DNA of 64,000 bases, from assembly GCA_951406725.2 (NCBI GenBank), contig OX597831.1, forward strand, positions 76,446,001 to 76,510,000, given 5' to 3'. Below, piece after piece: positions 54,290 to 64,000 of this stretch (position 1 is its first letter; each line of letters starts with the position of its first letter). The DNA is from Octopus vulgaris. Taxonomy: Eukaryota. The notes under the pieces are model-generated. The model was given only the letters and a program-made list of their open reading frames with translations. It made no database searches and had not been told where the DNA came from. The translations under genes and the position numbers were made by a program.

Positions 54290-54474
54290 GTTGTTCTTCT
54301 TATTATTATTATTCTCCTTCTTCTTCCTCTTCTTCTCCTTCTTCTTTTTCTTCTTCTCCTTCTTCCTCTTCTTTTTTCTTCTTCTTTTTTATTTTTCTTC
54401 TTCTTCTTCGTCTTCTTCTTTTTCTTCTTCTTCTTCGTCTTCTTCTTCTTTTTCTTCTCCTTCTATTTCTTCTC

Positions 54475-54505
<31 letters not shown>

Positions 54506-54576
54506 GTCTTCTTCTTCTTCTTCTTCTTCTTCTTCTTCTTCTTCTTCTTCTTCTTCTTCTTCTCTTCTTCTTCTTC

Positions 54577-54608
<32 letters not shown>

Positions 54609-54760
54609 CTTCTTCTTCTTCTCCTTCTTCTTCTTCTTCTTCTTCTTCTTCTTCTTCTTCTTCTTCTTCTTCTTCTCCTTCTTCTTCTTCTTCTTCTTCT
54701 TCATGTCGTTGATGTTATTCTTCTTCTACTTCTTCTTCTCCTCTTCCTCCCTTCCTCCAG
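54290..54760. repeat. (TTC)n polypyrimidine array
   Basis: Direct reading. Confidence 0.97.
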
Positions 54761-54951
54761 CTTCTTCTTCTTCTTTTTCATCTCCCCATTCCCCCTCCTC
54801 CTCCTCTTCTTTGTTGTTGTTGTTCCCTTTTTTTACTCCTAATACTGCAGAAGCTACTTATCTTTAAAATAAGATTCTGTGACCCCTTTTGGACACTTGA
54901 CCCCACAGTTTTGCCCCCAAGTTACATATGAACATATGTATATGTGTGTGA

Positions 54952-55000
<49 letters not shown>

Positions 55001-55150
55001 TGTATGTGCTCATATGAGTGCGTATATGAGTATATTTGTGATATATTTATCTATAGAAACATGTATACGTACATAATACGTATGCATACACACACACATA
55101 TAAGTATGTATACACATACATACACACATACGCACGGACGCATATATACA

Positions 55151-55209
<59 letters not shown>

Positions 55210-55472
55210 ATACATATATATGTTTGATGTGTGTGTATATAAATCGATTTATATACACCAGTATGTATTATTCTGTGGGCGTCACGTCACGCTCACACAC
55301 ACACACATATATATGTATGTGTGTGTATGGATGTATGCACATGTATACACACACACACATATACATGCCTGCATACATACATACATATGTATGTATTAAT
55401 ATATGTGTACACACGTTTACACACATTCATTACATACATTTAGTTATATGCGTACATATGTATATATATATG

Positions 55473-55508
<36 letters not shown>

Positions 55509-55892
55509 ATGTTATTTATGTATGCATGTGTGTGTGTATGTATGTAAGTACGTATGTATGTATGTATGTATGTATGTATGTATGTATGTATGTATGTATG
55601 TATGTATGTATGTATGTACACACGCACAAGCACACCTTATTAAAAATCATGACGTGATGTAGAATTAAGAAACCGTTTCCGCATTTTTAATACTCTTCCT
55701 TCTAATTCATCAGTCTTTCCCAACAATATATCTAATTAGATGTTTCTACTATAGATAATAATATATCTAATTAGATATTTCTGGTCGCCACAACCAAGAC
55801 TAATCAACAACTATTACAAGTGTTTAGCAACATACTTAACCTTAACCCAATCATAGATTGCTATATTGTGAAATTCTCGTTTTATGCTCATA

Positions 55893-55983
<91 letters not shown>

Positions 55984-56053
55984 CTATTTATCTATTTATC
56001 TTTCCATCCATCCAGCTATCTATCTGTCTTTCTATCAATCTATCTATCCATCC

Positions 56054-56105
<52 letters not shown>

Positions 56106-56135
56106 GTCTGTCTTTCTATCCATTATGTATCTATC

Positions 56136-56168
<33 letters not shown>

Positions 56169-56189
56169 CTATCTATCTATCTATCTCCC

Positions 56190-56220
<31 letters not shown>

Positions 56221-56242
56221 ATGTGTGTGTGTGTGTGTGTGT

Positions 56243-56540
56243 GTGGGTACAGGACATCACAACTGTAAACAACATGAAATGTTGTCTTCGAAGACAATTA
56301 CTCCTGTAACTTCCAAAATAAATTTTGGATTTTATGACGGGTTAAAGCTGGGAACAAAAACAGGCTCATATTTGTCGTTAAATTCTCGAAATGAGAAGTA
56401 GATAGACAGCCGACAACTGATGAAGTGTCGTTCTTTGTGTTACTTGTCCTGTTTTCGATTTTTTTTCTCTCGTCTGCGTATCTAACTCACTTGTTTTCGT
56501 ATTTTCATGTTATTTACGGTTGGTGACGTCCTGTACCCAC
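56243..56540 (+). mobile_element. About 300-bp module with inverted termini carrying a permuted hammerhead
   Basis: gtgggtacaggacatcacaactgtaaacaacatgaaa pairs with tttcatgttatttacggttggtgacgtcctgtacccac; related to about 32010-32205. Confidence 0.75.
56365..56427 (+). ncRNA. Non-circularly permuted hammerhead-like motif with intact CUGAUGA and GAAA
   Basis: CUCAU-A-u-UUGUCG-uuaaa-UUCUC-GAA-AUGAG-linker-CGACAA-CUGAUGA-AGUG; stem III 5 bp, stem I 6 bp, stem II weak. Confidence 0.7.
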
Positions 56541-56609
56541 ATATGCATACATACATGCATACATACACACAGACGCACACGCAGACGCACACACACACAC
56601 ACACATACA

Positions 56610-56658
<49 letters not shown>

Positions 56659-56668
56659 TATTTATAGC

Positions 56669-56726
<58 letters not shown>

Positions 56727-56734
56727 TAATCATA

Positions 56735-57635
56735 CGGTGAAGTACCCAAAAGAAATATTCTTTTATTCACTTAGTTTCATATATTTACACATTTTTCGCC
56801 CACAAAATATTCTCCATTTAAAACAAAGCATCGGTCCACACGCGTTCTCCACTGTTAGAAGCAATGCTGGAACTCTTGCGAAATGAAGTCTTTTAATGGC
56901 CCCCATCGTTATTTTATTCACCTCTTCCACATCTGCAAATTCCATAGCACCAGCTTTCATCACCAGTGATGACCTTCGAAAAAAAATTCCGTGTCAACTT
57001 CCAACTGTTATTTCAGTTCACGACACGCATTCAGCCGTGATTCCTTTTGACCTTCCGTCAGCAAGCGAGGCACAAATTTGGCTGCAACTCTTTTCATTCG
57101 CAATTCCTCGCTCAAAATTCGTTGGCAGGAAATCCAGGACACAGCAGTCATATCAATAAGTTCGTCAATTGTTCGATGACGGTCCTCCACGATCAGTTCA
57201 TGAATTTTCATAATGTTTTCGTTCGTTCGGGAGATCGACGATCGTCCTGAGCGAGGTTGGTCTTCAAGTGACAAATGACCGTTTCTAAAACGTGCAAACC
57301 ACGCTCAAGCTTGTGTTTCGTTCATGGCGGCGTCCTTGTAAGCTGTTTGAAGCATGACAACTGTTCCAGCCGCCGTTTTCCTCAGCAAAAAGGAAAAAAG
57401 AAATTTCTCGAAAGCACGCTGTTCTTTCGCTTCAGCAATCACAAAAAATCGTCGAACAGGGGAGAAGTACTGCAAAACAAAGACGCACCACGTGGCAGTA
57501 CGACCTCACCCGACAACGCCAGTCGGCACACTGATGCCTGAGGGTTGCATCAAGTGGTCTCTAATGCGGAAGACTGAACTACATCGGGTCTGTCCCCCAG
57601 AGAACGTTTCCGGTTACTTCTGAGTAACTCCCTCG
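56735..57635 (-). mobile_element. Internally deleted mariner transposon with imperfect TIRs and TA flanks
   Basis: SLEDQPRSGRS..EDRHRTIDEL..ELRMKRVAAKFVPRLLTEGQKESR, then ITGDESWCYG fused to the C-terminus. Confidence 0.9.
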
Positions 57636-57737
57636 TACATTCATACATGCACATACACGTATGTGTGTACGTATTTATGTATATATTTGTATAAGTGTAT
57701 ATATTTGTGTGTGTGCGTGTGTATATATATATATATA

Positions 57738-57921
57738 TTCTTTCCTTATTTCAGTAATTTGACTGCGGCCATGCTGGAGCACTGCCTTTAGTCGACCTCA
57801 GGACATATTCTTTGTAAGCCTAGTACTTATTCTATCGTTCTCTTTTGCCGAACCGCTCAGTTATGGGGGACGTAAACACACTAGCATCTGTTGTCAACCG
57901 ATGCTGGGGGGACAAACTCAC

Positions 57922-57957
<36 letters not shown>

Positions 57958-58158
57958 ACACACATACATACACACACTCACATACACACACATATATATA
58001 TAAACGACGGATTCTTTCAGTTTCCGTCTTCCAAATCCACTCACAAGGCTTTGATCGGTCCAAGGCTATAGTAGAAGACAGGTGCCCAAGATGCCGCGCA
58101 GTGGGATTGAACCCAGAACCATGTGGTTGGTAAGCAAGCTACTTACAACGTAGCCACT
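57738..58158 (-). mobile_element. SINE family A, near full length
   Basis: Family consensus match. Confidence 0.88.
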
Positions 58159-58289
58159 ATATATATATATGTATATATATATGCGAAGTTTGCTTCCTTA
58201 CCTTGCGGTCTTGCGTTCAGTCCAACTGCGCGGCACCTTCCTTCACTGTAATCAGTCCGGGTCGGCCAAAGCTTTGTGAGCGTGTTCAG

Positions 58290-58510
58290 AAGGGTCAGCG
58301 TGTACAGAATCGTTGTACTGACGCCTTTCCTGTGCAGCCCCAAGGGGTAGATTGCTTTGCGCATGCTTTTCGAGCACTTCAACCACCGCTGCCCACCCGG
58401 CATCTTTAACATCTATTGGAGTGACTTCATTAACAACAATGACGTCACCAGCGAAGAGATCATTTGATTAAAGATGCAATGTTGCTGGACAAGAGTAAGC
58501 TTCCAGAATG
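58290..58510 (+). mobile_element. Old RTE-like RT C-terminal fragment
   Basis: VSVYRIVVLT..FEHFNHRC..IFNIYWSDFINN, comparable to the 20.2-kb copy. Confidence 0.55.
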
Positions 58511-58687
58511 AACTTTTTAGCATTGTTACATGTTCTCGTGCTGTCTAGAGGTCGCTGTCAGCGGAATTTGAACTCAAAATCCCAAACAACGCAATTAAGT
58601 AGGGGGTGGTGGGATGGGGCAAAATGAGTAATTTCTAATACCTTGTTATATTTTTTCTACTTGTTAAAATCTCTATGCTGCAAGCAT

Positions 58688-59030
58688 TACTACCCTGCAC
58701 GTGTAAGCAGGAGCAGGGTATTGCAGTCGCTCGTCTTCGTCTGTTTGTGTGTTTGCAAAATTACTGGAAAACGGCTAAACGAATTTTCACCAAATTTGAC
58801 AGAAATACTTATTGGGTCAATAGCTCGAACTCATTTAAATTTGGTTTGATTATTTTCAAAATTAGCGGACAGGTGACTCAAAATGTGTTTTTCTCTTTGT
58901 TACAAATGCATAAACGATAAGCAAGGGAAATAACTCTTGATATCATTTTATTGAAATATGAATTCGTCTAAGAATATATTTATTAAATTTTATTTTATTT
59001 TATTTTATCCTTGTGTGCACCCAGGGTATA
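58688..59030 (+). mobile_element. Helentron-derived (HINE/DINE-like) non-autonomous element, approximate
   Basis: 5' inverted repeat taccctgc..gcagggta, gtctgtttgt repeats, gaattttcaccaaattt motif; similar start at 63661-63720 (tacctccg..cggaggta). Confidence 0.5.
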
Positions 59031-59456
59031 CATCGCCCCTCCGATACCAATTTTTTTTTCATTTTGTAATGTTTAATCATCTGTGAAAGTAAAAGTCGGT
59101 CAAAATAGCTGTTGTTGTTGTTGTTGTTGAAGATGAGAGGGTTTGAAACAGTCGAGTGTCAGGTGCTTTTCTTTCAAGAAATGTGTCCTTGAATTTGACA
59201 CGATTTTAATTGAGGTTGCTAATGAATTCCACCTCAAATTTTCCCACAATAATGTCGAATTTGATCATTTTCAATTTTCAAAAGAAAAAAAATAATTATC
59301 TCTAAAATCGTACAAAATAACTAATGACTAATTTCAGACATTTCTTCTTTTTAACTGCATGGTTAGTAAATATAACGGAAGGAAACTCATTCCAGCAAAT
59401 CGTGAAGGAGCCATAGAGAATAGTTTGTGTTTAGTTAAGTTTAATAGCATGTCATC

Positions 59457-59739
59457 CAATTGCGGACTGGGTCTAAAAATATTGGTTGCCAGGAGGCTAA
59501 GGGGGCCCACCCGCAACTACAATGCTATCATTTCATTTTTTTTCTTTTTTTGGTTAAAAGTATTCTTTTCAACTGTCTACAAACACAGCCAGTGAATTCT
59601 TCAAGGAGTGAATAAAAAATTCTCAAACTTGAGGGGATGGACCCCTTAGATACTAACATGGGCCCCCATATATGGATTCTAATGGCGCAGGGGCCCACTT
59701 GCCATCGCACAAGCTGGCAACCTGGCAAGTCCGTCACTG
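59457..59739. mobile_element. Possible hAT-like MITE
   Basis: caattgcggact.. and ..agtccgtcactg imperfect ends with internal gggccc motifs. Confidence 0.4.
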
Positions 59740-60173
59740 ATATCATCTGCCATTTTTCCAAGATCCTCTTTCATTATTTGACGAAGACATTTTAACCTTT
59801 TGTTGCATTTCTGACTTTCTGGTTGTTAATGATGGATATTCATGCGCATTATTTGTTCTAAACATAATTCTAGAGAAATAAATAAGCAAATTTACCTCAT
59901 CTTGGCTTACTCAATTTTTCCCAGCTAAATTTGTCTTGTGCGCTCAAAAAGAACGGAGATAATTTTCCGAAATACTGTTCTGAATATGTGATATTATTTT
60001 TAATGCATTTAGAAAACGTCATTCGCTTAAATGATATTGTTTTTGTAAGGCAGTCAACATTTATCATTGTTTTGTATACCTCAAAGTCAAAAATGCCGCA
60101 AATACTATTCATTTGTCTCCCACCCTTACAGAAACATTTCTATTCACGGAGAGGCGGAACGAAAAAGAGCAGT

Positions 60174-60206
60174 TTTGACGTTTCGAGCATAGCTCGTCGT
60201 CAGAAA
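60174..60206 (-). ncRNA. Minimal hammerhead, diverged relative of the 5.8-kb family
   Basis: UUU-CUGACGA-C-GAGC-UAU-GCUC-GAAAC-GUC-AAA. Confidence 0.7.
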
Positions 60207-60256
60207 GGGAAATGGAAAAATCCAGAGAAGGAAAAATATCACGTGTGTGGTTACAT

Positions 60257-60328
<72 letters not shown>

Positions 60329-60412
60329 CCATGTACACACACACACATATATACACACACACACAGAAAGAAAGAAAGAAAGAAAAACGAAGAGAGAGAG
60401 AGAAAGAAAAAG

Positions 60413-60475
<63 letters not shown>

Positions 60476-61219
60476 AAAAATATTCTCTAGCTCCGTAGTT
60501 GCCTCTTGTGAGATTTTAAGATGTTATACCACTGAGGGCGACTTGCCTTTCATCTTTTCGGTTTGTCAATAATGGAAAGTACCAGTCATGTACTCGGATC
60601 ACTGAAATCGACCTCGGAACACGTGCGCATGTGCCAAGGCTAAAACTTATTTCAAAGAGTGATTTTGAGTAGAAAATTTTATTAAATTTCATCAAAAACT
60701 TTAATTATATGAAGCACCATGTTTGGTTAATTAAAAATGAGGAAGGGGTGGTTTATGGGAGGGAGGGCGGGACTGGGTATTAATTTTTGTTAAAATATTG
60801 AAAAAAATTAAACAGTCTGACTGAAACTTGACAATGCAACCACACAAACACACACAATTACGCACATACAAGTATATACACAGACGAACATACACATACA
60901 TGTATGTGTATGAGTAAATGTTTGTGTATATACATATACGTGTGTGTGAGTGTGCTGTGTGTATCTGTGACTTCAAATATGGATGTGTGTGTATGTATTC
61001 TTGTATGTATATATATGTGTGTATATGTGTGTGTGTGTGAGAGTGTGTATCTGTGCGTGTTTGTGTGTGTGTATCTGTGTCTGAGTGAGAGTGTGTGTGC
61101 GTATTTATTTGTATGCATATATATATATATATTTATTTATATATATTTATATATATGTATATGTGTGTGTGAGAGTGAGTATCTGTGCGTGCTTGTGTGT
61201 GTGCGTATGTATTTGTTTG

Positions 61220-61252
<33 letters not shown>

Positions 61253-61708
61253 ATTTATATATATGTATATGTGTGTGTGAGTGTGTGTGCGAGTGTGTGC
61301 GTGTGTGCACAGTTGTGTGTCCATCATAAAAATTGTCAATTTATTAGTAGCTTCTCTCCTTCTTCCTCCTCCCCATCTCCCTCTCTCCGACTACTCCCCA
61401 CCTTCACTCTTTTCCTCTCCCCCCTCGCCCTGCCTCCTCGTCCCCCTCTCTCTCTCATCTATATTTACCAATTATAATGATCCCTTCGCCGTCCATTGTT
61501 AAACAGTTGTGTGACAGACACCTGAACATCACACGGATATGACCACTCCACTTCAAAGATCGATGTTATTGGTATTGTTAGTGACATTGTACTTGTTATT
61601 ATTATTATAATTATTGTTGTTGTTGTTGTCGTTGTTCATTGGTGGGGCTTAGTAGTTAAGGAGATTTGTTGTTTTTGTTATTATTATCATTATTATTTAT
61701 CATAATTA

Positions 61709-62275
61709 AGGCGGCGAGGTGGCAGAAACGTTAGCACGCCCGGCGAAATGCGTAACCGTATTTCGTCTGCCGTTACGTTCTGAGTTCAAATTCCACTGAG
61801 GTCGACTTTGCCTTTCATCATTTCGGGGTCGATAAATTAAGTACCAGGTACGTACTGGGGTCGATATAATCGACTTAATCCGTCTGTCTGTCCTTGTTTG
61901 TCCTCTCTGTGTTTAGCCCCTTGTGGGTAGTAAAGAAATAGGTATTTCGTCTGCCGCTACGTTCTGAGTTCAAATTCCGCTGAGGTCGACTTTGCCTTTC
62001 ACCCTTTCGGGGTCGATTAAATAAGTACCAGATACGTACTAGGGTCGATATAATCAACTTAATCCGTTTGTCTGTCCTTGTTTGTCCTCTCTGTGTTTAG
62101 CCCATTGTGGATAGTAAAGAAATAGGTATTTCGTCTGTCTTTACGTTCTGAGTTCTAATTCCGCCGAGGTCGACTTTCGAGGTCGATAAATTAAGTACCA
62201 GGGAAACACTATGGTGGATGTAATCTACTAGTCCCCTCCCCACAAATTTCAGGCCTTCTGACTTGAGTAGAAAGG
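61709..62275 (+). mobile_element. SINE family B, tandem trimer
   Basis: Same layout as 52073-52610. Confidence 0.9.
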
Positions 62276-62291
62276 ACTATCATCATCATCA

Positions 62292-62349
<58 letters not shown>

Positions 62350-62351
62350 TG

Positions 62352-62828
62352 GATGAGAGCCATGAATGCCATCAGAGTGACACGCGGATAAAATATACGA
62401 AGCTCAGTATACCCATCATGACTACCCGTCTGATAAGGGTACACCAGGCACATGCATCGCAACCATATGTACGTGACATGGTGATCTCAAATCAAGATAA
62501 ACAGCACATGACCTTGCAGGCGGGGCCCAGTTAGAATTTCATTCATGTCAAGTAGTCCATCCCGCTCAAAAGGTCCCTGAATAAAATTTTGTTTAAGGAT
62601 GTTGGGCGAAACACCCATTTTTCATGAGGTGAATTATTCAAACCCCAAAGAATTCCTTTCAGCACATGGCTATGATGCTCCCCCACTACTTCTGCTTGTG
62701 ATCAGAGATGTACATATGGTCAGCCACTAAGGGACACCCTCAACTGGTTAAGGTCAAACAACTGATAAGCAAATCTGTGGTATTGAGCATAATACCATGA
62801 AAGCCAGTGCCTGATGTTGCATCAAGGC

Positions 62829-62894
<66 letters not shown>

Positions 62895-62914
62895 CATCAT
62901 CATCATCATCATCA

Positions 62915-62969
<55 letters not shown>

Positions 62970-63417
62970 GTTTATTATTATTATTATTGAGTGAGCGAGC
63001 AGAGCATGCCATCAAAGTGACACTGGGGTAAAATATACGAAGCCCAGTATACCCATCATGACTACCCGTCTGATAAGGGTACACCAGGCACATGCATCAC
63101 AACCATATGTGCGCGATATGGTGATCTCATATCAAGATAAACAGCACATGACCTTGCAGGTGGAGCCCAGTTAGAATTTTCTTCAGATCGAGTAACCCAT
63201 CCTGCTCAAAAGGTCCCTGAATAAGGGTTTTTAAGGACGTTGAACGAAACACCCATGTTTCCACAGGTGAATTATTCAAACCCCAAAGAATCCTTCTCAA
63301 CACATGGCTATGATTCCCCACTACTTTTCGTGATCAGAGATGCACATATCGTCAGCCACTAAGGGACATGCTCAACTGGTTAGGTCAAACAACTGACAAG
63401 CAAATCTTGGTATTGAG
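62352..63417 (-). mobile_element. Two tandem copies (about 62352-62790 and 62990-63417) of a 430-bp non-coding retroposon ending in (TAA)n
   Basis: Both share atacccatcatgactacccgtctgataagggtacaccaggcacatgc..ggtcaaacaactga and abut (TTA)n on the left. Confidence 0.8.
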
Positions 63418-63575
63418 GTTATATAGAAAGTATTTGCGTAGGATATGAGCATCTTTATGACCAAGACTGACATTTGGGGTTTCCTGGTATACAGTTAGGT
63501 AACAGCCCTTTCCAATTCCCAGTTAAGATGACAAAGGTATTAGTCTTCAGCTTCCACATTTTGCTGATTTCTATT
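63418..63575 (-). mobile_element. Short decayed R4/Dong-type C-terminal fragment
   Basis: IEISKMWKLKT..IPGNPK, homologous to 19171-19365. Confidence 0.7.
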
Positions 63576-63585
63576 ATTAATTATC

Positions 63586-63658
<73 letters not shown>

Positions 63659-63883
63659 TTTATTACCTCCGACTTAGCGAAAGCGGAGGTATTGTTTTCA
63701 GTCGTGTTTGTTTGTCCATGAGGACAAACTGTTGTTTCTGTGACTGCATTGAAGCTACTGCGCCCAAACCCCTATTATCTAGTTAGACAGAATCCGAGGG
63801 ATTGAATAGTGTAAAAGTTTGTCGTGAGGCCCATCAGAACGGACCTTAATCCTATTTCTGTTCTTTTTTTTTTTATTGTGGTA

Positions 63884-64000
63884 CAAGATTTAGCCCTAAA
63901 CATGAGGGCACAAAATTAAACCGGAACATGGGAGCATAAGATTTGCCCCTAAATATGGGAGGACAAGATTGTTCCTAAACACGAGCGCGCAAGATTTGCC
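63884..64000. repeat. Diverged minisatellite, about 26-27-bp unit, runs off the window
   Basis: caagatttagccctaaacatgagggca / taagatttgcccctaaatatgggagga / caagattgttcctaaacacgagcgcg. Confidence 0.75.

Noticed and set aside
63884-64000. Short regularly spaced repeats as a CRISPR array
   Set aside because: Units are adjacent with no unique spacers, no cas genes, eukaryotic context.

Overview
AT-rich, gene-poor eukaryotic DNA whose repeat content (three high-copy tRNA-derived SINE families plus extreme microsatellite density) fits an octopus (coleoid cephalopod) intron or intergenic region. The taxon is an inference from recognised repeat families. Almost all ORFs in the supplied track are microsatellite artefacts. 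Recognisable contents: a decayed Penelope-like element (RT + GIY-YIG) at the start, RTE and restriction-like-endonuclease (R4/Dong-type) LINE fragments, mariner derivatives, a non-autonomous Helitron, hAT-like MITEs and about 30 SINE copies or fragments. The most interesting signal is a set of short non-coding modules inserted in (TA)n/(CA)n tracts, often as inverted duplications, that carry hammerhead ribozyme cores. Most are type I or minimal hammerheads typical of Penelope pseudo-LTRs. Three (32016-32075, 34901-34966, 56365-56427) have the three hammerhead strands in a non-circularly permuted order, with compensatory base changes in stems I and III between copies. One plausible 84-nt host exon and two POU-octamer clusters were also seen. 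Everything was read by eye: repeat boundaries are approximate and no ribozyme activity is demonstrated.
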